A stretch of 64,000 nt of DNA from a virus. Every line of letters begins with the position of its first letter. Within the stretch, counting starts at the first letter, position 1. Made by a program: the position numbers and the translations under genes. The notes beneath the pieces were generated by a model that saw only the letters and a list, made by a program, of their open reading frames with translations, was not told the DNA's origin and did no database searches. Below, piece by piece: positions 27,324 through 36,688 of this stretch. The stretch lies in the IMG/VR virus record IMGVR_UViG_3300034954_001721. The stretch is one strand, 5' to 3'.

Positions 27324-29183
27324 ATGTCTACATTTAAAAGAATTCTATCAGAAAAAACACGTGGAGACTACGGTAGAAAGGGTGGTCAAGGTGGTGTTAA
27401 AGGAACTCGTACCACTCCTTTTGATAAAAGAGAAGCAAAAGCAAAAATAGATAATCCTCAGAAATATCAAACTCCAGCACGAGGTTCTAGGCAGGTAATT
27501 CCATCACCTCAACAAGGTATTGGTTTTGAAACTAATGCTCCTAGTGGAACTGTTCTTGGAGATAAAACACCAGAACAAGCATTTCGTGAAGTAGATACAA
27601 AACAGAAGAGAAGAGGAACTCAACCATCTTCTTTAAGGACACAACGTCAAGTAAGAGGATTTGGTAAACCAGATCCTGAAGTACAAAAAAAAGTTGCTGA
27701 TGACCTTAGGGGTCGTAAAGGAGCGGATCCTACAGCTAGAAGAGCAGCATCCAATATTCTTAGTGGTGGTAAAGCTCCTGATGCTGCCGATGAATTAATT
27801 GGTGGAGAAACAGCTAAAGAAAAAACAGGTCAAAGATATCGTCAAAGAAGACCAGCAGATGTAAGAGCATCTGGTGTTAAAAGTAGTGCTTATGCAGATT
27901 GGCAAAAACAAGCAGTTCGTACAAGGCAGCAATTAAAAGCATCTGGAACAAAATTCTTTGGTAAACCAACAGGTGTTGATGCACAAGGAAAACCAACTTA
28001 TGTTCCACCAAAGGAAACACCAAAAGGTGAGACTGGAAGAAGAGCACAAAGACAAGCATCTCCACGTTCATATGCATCTGTAAAAGCAGATCTTGAAGCA
28101 AAGACAAAAATAAAAGAATTAAAGGTTAAACCTAAAGCATCCACTAAACCGCCAGTATTAAAACCATCAACTAAAGTATCAGCACCACAACCAACAAGAG
28201 GATTTTCTACTTTTACTCAAGATGTGATGAGGGGTAAATATACACCTCAACCTCAACAACAACCCAACTTCCGAGCACCAACACCAACTAAACCAACAGT
28301 TTCAAAAGCAAAAGTTACTGGCGGAACTACTAGAGTAACTGATTTATCTCCTACTAAGAGACCTACAGGAACAAAAACTTTTGCACAGTTTGCAACTAGT
28401 GGAAGAACTGCGGCACAAAAACAAGCAACTTTAAAGGCATTAAGAACTTCACCTAAACCTGCTGTACAACCTAAAGTTACTGCCCCACCTAAACCTCAAG
28501 CACTTACTAAAGCAGCAGTTGCACCTAAAGTAAAAGTACCTAAGATAACTGCTGGTGGAGTTGCTGGTGGTGCTCTCAGTGCTTTAGGTGCTGGATTCGA
28601 CGTTGTACAAGGTCGTGAGGACGCTAAAAAGGCGGGTGCTAGTGACACTAGAGCGTGGTTGAGAGGTGCTGCAAGGGCAGCTGGAGGTCTTGTAGGAGGT
28701 GCTGTAGGTGCTAGTGGCGGTCTTGTCGGTGGCGTTGCTGGTTATTCTGTAGGTTCTGCATTGGCAGATAAGACCTTTACAGCACTTGCTGGTGCTACAG
28801 ACGCACAAAAGAAATGGATGAAACAAGCAAATCTTGCTTCTCAAAGAGGCACTGCTGTAGATAAAGTCAAATATAGAAAAGGCAATCAAGCAGTCATCTA
28901 TGATCCTAGAGTCAAGAAAGAGAGGATTGGAACTTTTGATCCAACGAGTGGAACATTCAAAGCTGGTAATTTGGCAAAATCTAAAGCATATACTGCGAAA
29001 AATCCATTTGAAAGACTTGGAAGACAATTCTCAAGATCAAATGAAGGTTCTGGACTGTTTGGTTTAAATATTGTAAAAGGTCATGGTCTCGCTGATATGG
29101 CGAAAAAATATTATGCTGATAGAGATGAGAAAGCGCGTATTAAGAGAGTTTCGGACTTCAAGAAATCTGCCTCCGCTAAATAA
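27324..29183 (+). CDS. large basic low-complexity protein with glycine zipper
   Basis: MSTFKRILSE start; Lys/Pro/Thr-rich; GGLVGGAVGASGGLVGGVAG. Confidence 0.7.
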   Translation: MSTFKRILSEKTRGDYGRKGGQGGVKGTRTTPFDKREAKAKIDNPQKYQTPARGSRQVIPSPQQGIGFETNAPSGTVLGDKTPEQAFREVDTKQKRRGTQPSSLRTQRQVRGFGKPDPEVQKKVADDLRGRKGADPTARRAASNILSGGKAPDAADELIGGETAKEKTGQRYRQRRPADVRASGVKSSAYADWQKQAVRTRQQLKASGTKFFGKPTGVDAQGKPTYVPPKETPKGETGRRAQRQASPRSYASVKADLEAKTKIKELKVKPKASTKPPVLKPSTKVSAPQPTRGFSTFTQDVMRGKYTPQPQQQPNFRAPTPTKPTVSKAKVTGGTTRVTDLSPTKRPTGTKTFAQFATSGRTAAQKQATLKALRTSPKPAVQPKVTAPPKPQALTKAAVAPKVKVPKITAGGVAGGALSALGAGFDVVQGREDAKKAGASDTRAWLRGAARAAGGLVGGAVGASGGLVGGVAGYSVGSALADKTFTALAGATDAQKKWMKQANLASQRGTAVDKVKYRKGNQAVIYDPRVKKERIGTFDPTSGTFKAGNLAKSKAYTAKNPFERLGRQFSRSNEGSGLFGLNIVKGHGLADMAKKYYADRDEKARIKRVSDFKKSASAK

Positions 29184-29207
29184 TAAGATAGAATAGAAAT
29201 AGTAAAA

Positions 29208-30224
29208 ATGCATATCTATATCTCTCAACATGCCCTTGAAGAGGGTGTGAATGCGATTGTAGAAGAGATGGTTCCTTTCTTATACATGATGTTGAGAGAG
29301 GGTTATGATGTAGAGTCAATCATTCAGTTTCTTGAAAGTGCTGAAGATGAAGACTTTGAATTTATCTACGAGCAGGCAGATTCTGAAATGCTTTCAGAGA
29401 GTGTCGTAGATGAAATGTCTGATGAGGAAGTTCTTTTGTATGAAGAGCAAATTGAACTTATCGTAGAGAATGTTCTCGCAAAGATGTTGAGTAAGATGAG
29501 TCCTGCTGCATTGAAAAAGTTTATAAAAAATAATGCTGCAGCAAGAAGACTTGCAGAAAGATTAGGTCTTCTTAAGAAATCTGCTCCTACTCCAAAACCA
29601 CCCAAATCTACTGCTCCAAAACCAAAGAGTAGTAGAACATCTCAGCAGCAGCAACAGACTGCAAGTCAACCACCCAAACCTACAAAACCAACTAAACCCA
29701 CAAAACCAGGTGGACCAGGTGGACCAGGTGGAATTCTCAAGTCTAAACCAGGAAAATTAACAGCAACTGCTCTTGTTGCTGCTGGTCTTGGTTATGGTTT
29801 AAATCAGGCAGGATTGTTCCCAGGTGCTAACGATCCAAAGATTGGAAATGATGGTCCAGGACAATCTGATTCACCTGCGGAAACAAAACCTGCAGAAACA
29901 AAACCTGCGGAAACAAATACTGATACTGATAATAAAAAACCACCAAAAGAAACAAAACCGTCAAGCAAAGGAACAGGTCGTCCTTGGTGGGTTGCATTAG
30001 ATAAGAAATTATTAACTAAACCATCAACTTTTAGAACTGATGTTGCTTTAAACAGATTTAGAAATCCTAGTGGTGGAATGATGACTCGCATCAACTCTCA
30101 TTATGAATATATGGTGGATTATCTTATCGCTGAAGGTCATGCAGAGACTGTAGAAGAAGCGACTTACGTTATGCAACAAATGGGTGAAGAAGCATCGATG
30201 AAAATTTTAAGTGAAGTCATTTGA
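29208..30224 (+). CDS. putative internal head protein with acidic pro-region, basic repeats and TM segment
   Basis: About 88-aa acidic N-terminus with many [L/I]xE sites; KPT/GGP/PAETK repeats; C-terminal YLIAEGHAETVEEA. Confidence 0.7.
   Translation: MHIYISQHALEEGVNAIVEEMVPFLYMMLREGYDVESIIQFLESAEDEDFEFIYEQADSEMLSESVVDEMSDEEVLLYEEQIELIVENVLAKMLSKMSPAALKKFIKNNAAARRLAERLGLLKKSAPTPKPPKSTAPKPKSSRTSQQQQQTASQPPKPTKPTKPTKPGGPGGPGGILKSKPGKLTATALVAAGLGYGLNQAGLFPGANDPKIGNDGPGQSDSPAETKPAETKPAETNTDTDNKKPPKETKPSSKGTGRPWWVALDKKLLTKPSTFRTDVALNRFRNPSGGMMTRINSHYEYMVDYLIAEGHAETVEEATYVMQQMGEEASMKILSEVI
29874..29917 (+). repeat. 15-bp coding tandem repeat x3 (PAETK)
   Basis: cctgcggaaacaaaa units. Confidence 0.85.
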
Positions 30225-30237
30225 AGATTTCAAAAAA

Positions 30238-30582
30238 TTATCTAGTAATTGATTTTTTAACCAAAACAGTTCCTTCCACAACTCTCTCTTTAATTCCTTG
30301 TGGATCTTGAAGTACAACGTCATAAAAATATTTCCCTGCTTTTAACTGTGAAGTATCAGTTGATCCCATTGATACTGTTAATCTTCCATTACTTCTATCT
30401 TGTGTAAAACTTACTGTAAAATCTTTTGTCTTACTAGAAGTTTCATATCTTCTAAGTTGTGCACAAGCATTATAATCTGAAAGATTTTTAAGTGAATTTG
30501 AAATAGAATCCTCCAATATAAAGGTAACAATAAAATCTGTTCCTGTATGAAGAACTAAGTCGTTTACAAATACTTCTGCCAT
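30238..30582 (-). CDS. small beta-sandwich virion-type protein (BppU_N-like), paralog 1
   Basis: GTDF...AQLRR...GRLTVSM...T..LKAGKYFYDV...RVVEG. Confidence 0.7.
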   Translation of the reverse strand: MAEVFVNDLVLHTGTDFIVTFILEDSISNSLKNLSDYNACAQLRRYETSSKTKDFTVSFTQDRSNGRLTVSMGSTDTSQLKAGKYFYDVVLQDPQGIKERVVEGTVLVKKSITR

Positions 30583-30609
30583 TACTTTTTAATTTCGTAA
30601 AAATATTTA

Positions 30610-30954
30610 TTACGGGCAACCCGTTGTTACACCAGATCTAACTAAAACTTGACCTTCTACTGCGATTAATTTTTCATTATTTGTTTTTGTAATCATTACA
30701 TCATAAAGATATCTTCCAGGTTTTATGCTTGAGGTAATAGTGTCATCCATTGACAATGTTATTTTACCTTCTGTAGAACTTGTAATGCCGACAGTAAAGT
30801 TATAAGCAGTAGAACTATCTGGATGCTTTCTAACTTGAGATTCTAATGTGAATCCAGTTATATCGGTTGGAGTTCCATTAATCTGAAGAAGTTCAAGATT
30901 TTCGGAAAAATCAACGTGAGTATTAACGGTCAGATTTTTTACATATACTGACAT
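30610..30954 (-). CDS. small beta-sandwich virion-type protein (BppU_N-like), paralog 2
   Basis: SQVRKH...GKITLSM...IKPGRYLYDV...AVEG; same length as paralog 1. Confidence 0.7.
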   Translation of the reverse strand: MSVYVKNLTVNTHVDFSENLELLQINGTPTDITGFTLESQVRKHPDSSTAYNFTVGITSSTEGKITLSMDDTITSSIKPGRYLYDVMITKTNNEKLIAVEGQVLVRSGVTTGCP

Positions 30955-31068
30955 CTTTAGTATAACTCTTTATTGAGTATTTATCAAGGGCTTGACATAA
31001 ACACTATTGATGAATAGACTAGGTTTGTCAGGGTTAAAGATAAATAATAGCTCATAGAATTATATAAT

Positions 31069-31518
31069 ATGAGTTATGAAAACCCATGGGTTTTTAAAGG
31101 TAAAACTTTTTTATCTGAAAATATTAATGACTTCTATGGTTTTGTCTATAGGATTACTAATTTACAATCAGGTAAAAAGTATATCGGTAGAAAATACTTC
31201 TGGTCCTTCAGAAAACCGCCAGGAAAAAAGCGAAAGGTAAAGCAAGAATCAGATTGGCAGAAGTATTATGGTTCTTGTCCTGAATTAAAGGAGGATATAA
31301 AAAAGTATGGCAAAGAGATCTTCAGTAGAGAAATACTGAGTCTTCACGGAACAAAGGGAACTTGTAACTTTGAAGAAACAAAACAATTGTTTCTCAATAA
31401 TGTGTTGTCGGAAGCACTTGACGACGGATCACCAGCATACTATAATAGCAACATTCTAGGACGCTATATGCGAAAAGACTATGGTAACTTTAGAGTCAAC
31501 TCTGAGGAAAATTCATGA
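31069..31518 (+). CDS. GIY-YIG endonuclease
   Basis: GFVYRITN...KKYIGRK, YYGS, conserved E, YYN. Confidence 0.8.
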   Translation: MSYENPWVFKGKTFLSENINDFYGFVYRITNLQSGKKYIGRKYFWSFRKPPGKKRKVKQESDWQKYYGSCPELKEDIKKYGKEIFSREILSLHGTKGTCNFEETKQLFLNNVLSEALDDGSPAYYNSNILGRYMRKDYGNFRVNSEENS

Positions 31519-31699
31519 ATGGTCTATAGACCGTATGCATCAGTTGTCTGAGAATCATCCAGGTTCTGAATTATATGAAAATCTGGAAGATGCACATGCT
31601 ATTCATCAGGAATTTGCTGAGTGGTTAGATCCTAACAAAAAAAATCACGATGTAATTTCACTAGAATACATAGGAGATGAAGATGAAAGAAACATCTAA
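31481..31699 (+). CDS. hypothetical protein
   Basis: AIHQEFAEWLDP; overlapping ORF. Confidence 0.6.
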   Translation: MVTLESTLRKIHEWSIDRMHQLSENHPGSELYENLEDAHAIHQEFAEWLDPNKKNHDVISLEYIGDEDERNI

Positions 31700-31799
31700 G
31701 ACTTTTAGACTAAAAATTCTAGATAGAATCAAATACCTTACCAATCATGGTAAGCATCTTGAAGCATTTGCTCTTTACAATAAGTATTTTAAAGTATGA
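31683..31799 (+). CDS. small hypothetical protein (38 aa)
   Basis: MKETSKTFRLKILDRIK...; AGGAG RBS; stop overlaps the next start. Confidence 0.5.
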   Translation: MKETSKTFRLKILDRIKYLTNHGKHLEAFALYNKYFKV

Positions 31800-32476
31800 A
31801 CAAAATTATTCTCGCTATGCTAGCAGCAGTTTCTTTAGGAACTCCTGTTTTTGCTGATCCAATCAAAGAAGATGAGTACTTCACTCATCATGCTCAAGGG
31901 TGCATGTTACTTCAAGAATGTACCGATCATGTTCAAGAACTTAAAACAGTTACTGACCTCAATAAACACGAGGAACTGGCTGATATTGATTATGGTATTG
32001 TTGCTGATGAGTTTAACTCTCTCGTCCGATCACTTAATAAGGTCGGAGCTAAAGTTTTTCTAGCAGATATGCGATACTTCCCAGTTGGTCATCGTGGTGT
32101 CTATCATACCGTAAGTAACAACTTCTTTTTGAATGTTGCTCATATGCATCGTCCTGGAGTGATGATGTCAGTAATGCGTCATGAAGGATGGCACGCTGCT
32201 CAGGACTGTATGGCAGGAACTATCAATAATAACTTCATTGCTATTATTAGAAATCAAGAAGATGTCCCAAAGATGTATCAGGCAATCGCAAAGAGTGCTT
32301 ATGCGTCTCAACCACATGCTATTCCTTGGGAGAAAGAAGCATACTGGGCAGGTCACACTGAGGGTATGACTGCTGCAGCACTTGAATCTTGTGCGGCAGG
32401 AACGATGTGGACTGATTATGAACCTACGCCAATGACCCGTGAATGGTTAGTTGAAAATGGATTCATTGCTAAATAA
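31796..32476 (+). CDS. secreted zinc metallopeptidase-like protein
   Basis: Signal peptide ending in VFA; RHEGWH (HExxH); downstream EKEAY. Confidence 0.7.
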   Translation: MNKIILAMLAAVSLGTPVFADPIKEDEYFTHHAQGCMLLQECTDHVQELKTVTDLNKHEELADIDYGIVADEFNSLVRSLNKVGAKVFLADMRYFPVGHRGVYHTVSNNFFLNVAHMHRPGVMMSVMRHEGWHAAQDCMAGTINNNFIAIIRNQEDVPKMYQAIAKSAYASQPHAIPWEKEAYWAGHTEGMTAAALESCAAGTMWTDYEPTPMTREWLVENGFIAK

Positions 32477-32586
32477 TATCATTCGCTGCAGATAGCGAAC
32501 AAAAACCACCCAAGACAAATCCTTTGAATTAATCCCCTCTAAGTCTTATAATGTAGGGGTTTGTTGTTGGAAAACTATTCTTACAT

Positions 32587-32781
32587 ATGACACATTTAAC
32601 GAGAGATGTGTTAATCAAGAAAATCGTTGCCGATGAAATGGTCGGTCTCGGTGGAACTGATTACCTCCAAAACTTAAAAAGTGCATATCACAAATGGGAA
32701 CATCAAGGCAGTGATGTTCTTTGTCAAAGATACAATCAAATAAACGATACAAATATCTCTGTAGAAATTCTTGACCCCTAA
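32587..32781 (+). CDS. hypothetical protein
   Basis: ORF after TTGAAT-18 nt-TATAAT. Confidence 0.55.
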   Translation: MTHLTRDVLIKKIVADEMVGLGGTDYLQNLKSAYHKWEHQGSDVLCQRYNQINDTNISVEILDP

Positions 32782-32805
32782 ATAAAGCTGCCTTGTACGC
32801 AACCA

Positions 32806-33270
32806 ATGCCAGAAGAAGTTAAGAAGGACGAAGTTAAAAAGGAAGAACCGAAAAAGAAGAGTGCTCTTGAAAAACTGAAGGAAAAAGCAGGTGACTCTGA
32901 AGAGCATCTTGCAATTCTTTCAACCTTTGTTCGTTTAGGTATTCTGGTTTGGTCTGGTGGAATTTTAACATTGAACTATGTTACTATTCCTGGTTTCCCA
33001 CAAGGAAAGATTGATCCCACGTTTATAGCTAGCGTTTTTACTGGAGTTTTAGCTACCTTCGGGGTTCAGACTGCTAAGAACAAAAATGGTAACGGTAGTA
33101 GTGCCCCTTCTGGTGGTGTGAGCAAATCCGACCTGGAGAAACTAATCAATGCAGCCGCTCAAACTGCACCTGCTCAAACGATTAGGATTGAACAAGCACC
33201 ACTCCAAATCGGAGGAAATCCACCAGCACCTCAAGGACCAGCAAAATCTGACGACACCTACAAGATGTAA
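32806..33270 (+). CDS. two-TM membrane protein
   Basis: VRLGILVWSGGILTL; DPTFIASVFTGVLATFGV. Confidence 0.7.
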   Translation: MPEEVKKDEVKKEEPKKKSALEKLKEKAGDSEEHLAILSTFVRLGILVWSGGILTLNYVTIPGFPQGKIDPTFIASVFTGVLATFGVQTAKNKNGNGSSAPSGGVSKSDLEKLINAAAQTAPAQTIRIEQAPLQIGGNPPAPQGPAKSDDTYKM

Positions 33271-33274
33271 TGTT

Positions 33275-33829
33275 ATGAATATGAAGTGGGCGACATTGAC
33301 AGTGGGAGCATTATTTGGATTTGCTCATATTGGAATTCTTGGACATATTCTTACCAAACCACAATATCCTGTAATTAATTTTCCAGATGGTGATTATTCC
33401 TCATTTACGGTTAAATCTGGAAAAGATGGTTATCATATTGAATATAAGGCAAACGATCCTACTGTATTAGAATCAACTAGATCTTTGAATGTTGATAAAG
33501 ATAAACGTGGTTTATTTGGTCCTACTACTGAAATGCGTCGTGAGTTCCGCAATGATCAATACACGATGGACGGGACTCGTAATATAGGAGGTGCTGTAGA
33601 CTCTGAGGGAAAGTCCCTTGCAAAAAGCGAAGAGTGTATCAGGGCGGACGCTGGAGCACGGTCACAAGGTGCAATGGCAGGGACCGCAATTAGTGCTGGT
33701 GTAGTAGTGCCTGCTGTTGCTAGTATTCCTTATATTGGATGGTTAGCATCTGGTTGGGCATTATTGCTAGGACAGAAGGCAGGAGAAACTATTGGATCTG
33801 AAGTTGGTTCTTCATTCAGTGATTGTTAA
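33275..33829 (+). CDS. membrane protein with C-terminal glycine zipper
   Basis: N-terminal TM; GAMAGTAISAG...IPYIGWLASGW. Confidence 0.65.
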   Translation: MNMKWATLTVGALFGFAHIGILGHILTKPQYPVINFPDGDYSSFTVKSGKDGYHIEYKANDPTVLESTRSLNVDKDKRGLFGPTTEMRREFRNDQYTMDGTRNIGGAVDSEGKSLAKSEECIRADAGARSQGAMAGTAISAGVVVPAVASIPYIGWLASGWALLLGQKAGETIGSEVGSSFSDC

Positions 33830-34035
33830 TGAATTTATTTCTTCGTCCTTTAGAAGATCCTAACGGAGTAACGTGGAGTATTATCTGGTCATTGGTAATA
33901 CTTCTTATTGGCGTTTCTTATTACATATATACAATTATGAAACTGGCTTACCAGGAGTTAGAAGATGCCAAATCAAATTCAGATGAAGGACGCAGAACAG
34001 GATCAGGAGATAGTACTTCTGAAACATCGCATTGA
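33829..34035 (+). CDS. small single-TM protein
   Basis: LRPLEDPNGVTWSIIWSLVILL. Confidence 0.6.
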   Translation: MNLFLRPLEDPNGVTWSIIWSLVILLIGVSYYIYTIMKLAYQELEDAKSNSDEGRRTGSGDSTSETSH

Positions 34036-34231
34036 AGAGTCTGAACAAAAATCTGAAGAACTTCGTCAAAGAGTTCGTAAACTTGAAAGGTGGGTCTGGG
34101 GTGCTGGTGCTGTTATATCAGCAGTAATTACAATTATCGGATTAGCAATGGCGGCAGACGCCAAGGAGATGAATTATGGGAGCAATGACCCCACCAAGCA
34201 GGAAGTCGTGTTACAACTTTCGTGTAGTTGA
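33965..34231 (+). CDS. coiled-coil plus TM protein (XhlA-like architecture)
   Basis: RVRKLERWVWGAGAVISAVITIIG. Confidence 0.55.
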   Translation: MPNQIQMKDAEQDQEIVLLKHRIEESEQKSEELRQRVRKLERWVWGAGAVISAVITIIGLAMAADAKEMNYGSNDPTKQEVVLQLSCS

Positions 34232-34634
34232 AATCAACAGAGTTGTTGATGGAGATACCATTGATGTTACAATTGATTTAGGATTTGATCTTTTTAAAAA
34301 AGAGAGAGTCAGAGTTGCTGGTGTTGATACACCAGAAAAACGTACAAGAGATCTTGAAGAAAAGGAATTAGGTTATGATGCAACAAATTGGATTAAAGAA
34401 CATCTTGACTCAGCTATTGCTGGAGAAGAAGATCTTGTTATCCGAACTGAGCTTGTGGGTGGAATGGGCAAGTACGGCAGACTCCTTGGATGGTTGTACA
34501 TTGGAGACCAAGAAACTTCCCTTAATGAGCAAATGATTGAAGAAGGTTATGCCTGGGCATATGATGGAGGAACAAAACAGAAAAACTTTGAAGAACTAAG
34601 AGAAATTCGTCGTACCAAAGGTACGTTAATCTAA
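34176..34634 (+). CDS. thermonuclease (SNase-like)
   Basis: RVVDGDT, RVRVAGVDTPE, KYGRLL, NEQMIEEGYA. Confidence 0.9.
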   Translation: MGAMTPPSRKSCYNFRVVEINRVVDGDTIDVTIDLGFDLFKKERVRVAGVDTPEKRTRDLEEKELGYDATNWIKEHLDSAIAGEEDLVIRTELVGGMGKYGRLLGWLYIGDQETSLNEQMIEEGYAWAYDGGTKQKNFEELREIRRTKGTLI

Positions 34635-34885
34635 TGCAAAAAGTAATCAATGTACTCGCACTTGCGTCTTTTGCTGTATCTGGTGCCATCGTTGCTGGTG
34701 GTGCTTATGTATATCTTAACAAAGATGCAATGATTGAAAGTGCTAAAGCAGCAGCAACTAAAGCAGCAACCGAAGCAGTTGCAGGAGCACTCCCTGGAAT
34801 GTTAGATGCTGCCATGCCTGAGATGCCTGAAGTAACTGGTGGTGCAATTGGTGTGCCTGGTGGTGGTTCTGCTCTTCCTTTCTGA
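34634..34885 (+). CDS. membrane-anchored hypothetical protein
   Basis: N-terminal TM, Ala/Pro-rich tail. Confidence 0.65.
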   Translation: MQKVINVLALASFAVSGAIVAGGAYVYLNKDAMIESAKAAATKAATEAVAGALPGMLDAAMPEMPEVTGGAIGVPGGGSALPF

Positions 34886-34928
34886 GAACTCTATGAGACC
34901 TGATATATAATGCAGTTATTATATTGAT

Positions 34929-35045
34929 ATGACTGTATCTAAACCTAGAAGAAGAACTAAACCTCAGGGTGATAATAGATTTTTTCTTTATGTAATGTTC
35001 TATCACTTCTTCGGTGGACTTGCTGGTATTTTTAAAGATGATTGA
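34929..35045 (+). CDS. small hydrophobic protein (38 aa)
   Basis: MTVSKPRRR...FFLYVMFYHFFGGL; stop overlaps the next ATG. Confidence 0.5.
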   Translation: MTVSKPRRRTKPQGDNRFFLYVMFYHFFGGLAGIFKDD

Positions 35046-35812
35046 TGGCAGAAATCCCTGAAATTAGAGTCCGATCTGTGGATGTTCCACGGGTTCCTGA
35101 TTATTTGATGGCACCACCACAGGCAATTCCAAATTCTGTTCCTGTTACGGTTCAGATAGGATTTCCTGTGGTGGATCTTCCTGGTTGTGTTGAATCACAT
35201 GAAACAAAGAATGCTAAAAATAATCAAATTAAGAATGATGATAGGAGGGGAGTTTTAACTTTTTGTGATGGACAAATCCCATCATTCAATCCAATAAATT
35301 TTAATGAGGAAGTAGAGTTACCAACTCCCAAACCATCTATTCCTCCATATAAGGCACCAGAACTTCCTGGAGTACCAGAAATTCCTAAAGATGCCATACC
35401 AAAACCAAAAAAGGAAGAGGTGCCTTGTCCTGGTCCTAATGCACCTAGGATAGGTGATGTAGCACAAAATAAGAAAGAGAAGGTTTCTGGATTTGAATTG
35501 CAGACTGTAAATGGTCAGCAGATATGTGTAACTCTCTACGAACCAATTTCATTTACAGAGCAATATCTACCAGCACCACAAGTTGTAGCAACAACTGCTG
35601 GTATTGCTGCTGTCGCAACTACATCTGCTTTATTAGCAAAACCAGTAGCAGACCTTTTACTTAAGGTAGTAAAACCACTGGTAAAGAAAACAATTAAAAA
35701 AATTACTGCCAAGTTGGGTAAAAAACAAAAAGTTTTGAGTGTATCTGAGAGGAAAGAAGTTCAGAGAGAACTATCTCAGGCAGTTAGAATTATGAAAAAT
35801 ATGAAGAGATAA
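35045..35812 (+). CDS. Pro-rich membrane protein
   Basis: GFPVVDLPGCVE; TM TTAGIAAVATTSALLA; basic tail. Confidence 0.7.
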   Translation: MAEIPEIRVRSVDVPRVPDYLMAPPQAIPNSVPVTVQIGFPVVDLPGCVESHETKNAKNNQIKNDDRRGVLTFCDGQIPSFNPINFNEEVELPTPKPSIPPYKAPELPGVPEIPKDAIPKPKKEEVPCPGPNAPRIGDVAQNKKEKVSGFELQTVNGQQICVTLYEPISFTEQYLPAPQVVATTAGIAAVATTSALLAKPVADLLLKVVKPLVKKTIKKITAKLGKKQKVLSVSERKEVQRELSQAVRIMKNMKR

Positions 35813-36688
35813 TTATTCGATTGCACCACCAAGGTCTTCTGCTTTCCTTGATGTTCTTGTAGGTTTAGGAATAGTATGAACGTGTGGTTTAATATGATTT
35901 ACGTTCTGAACTACCACGTCTGCACATATTTTATAATAAGGACTTCTTGGATGAAAAGTTATTCCCTCCTTTATCAACTGGCCACAATTTTTGAGCCTGG
36001 CGATCTCAAAATCTAATCTCTTATTGGCTGCTGCCTGTCTCATTAAATCAATGTTTGCCGCGGCCGCTTCTTTACATTGATCTTGTAAAGTCTTATCTAA
36101 TGGTGAACTCCAAGTCATAGAGAAACCAATACTTAAATTATAATTATCCTTCTGTCCAGTTCTTACCGGAACTTTATATAAAATATCGCCAGGATTGTCT
36201 GGTGCGCCATCCCCGATTGCTTCTCCATCATCATCAAAATCTCCGGACAAATCTCTCATATCATAAACATTATCATAGTATTGTCCCTGAAATGGTTTTT
36301 GGGCGGATACTGCTCCTGTTACATACGGCGTAAAGTTCATAGTGGGACCTTGACACTGGATCCCTCCGCCGTAAGTATTAGTGATATATGGGCCTTGTAA
36401 AACCTGAATTGCCTGATTAGTGACTGAGCCTGAACTATTCGCCACAGGCGCAGCAGTCGCACTTACACCTCCGACTTCCGCACTTGCAGGTAGGGCATTC
36501 GCAATACTTGTTAGACATAAGATTACTGGGAGAAAATACTTGTTGTAGTTGTTATACTTTCTACTTCTGTCGTCCTTTGGATAATCGTCTGGTTGCTTAA
36601 TCCTGGGCCTTGATAGGTTTCCGTGAACTGGAAGGCATTTCCAGGATTTGTTTGTGTAAAGGATGGTTTGCTCGTCACACCTGTCCAT
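35813..36688 (-). CDS. secreted-type protein, start uncertain
   Basis: Signal-like FLPVILCL...ASA at residues about 50-70; NSSGSVTNQAIQV, GGGIQCQG, RLDFEIARLKNC. Confidence 0.65.
   Translation of the reverse strand: MDRCDEQTILYTNKSWKCLPVHGNLSRPRIKQPDDYPKDDRSRKYNNYNKYFLPVILCLTSIANALPASAEVGGVSATAAPVANSSGSVTNQAIQVLQGPYITNTYGGGIQCQGPTMNFTPYVTGAVSAQKPFQGQYYDNVYDMRDLSGDFDDDGEAIGDGAPDNPGDILYKVPVRTGQKDNYNLSIGFSMTWSSPLDKTLQDQCKEAAAANIDLMRQAAANKRLDFEIARLKNCGQLIKEGITFHPRSPYYKICADVVVQNVNHIKPHVHTIPKPTRTSRKAEDLGGAIE

Noticed and set aside
31069-31518. Mobile homing endonuclease or intron
   Set aside because: Single short GIY-YIG domain with no DNA-binding extension, free-standing, and not interrupting any gene.
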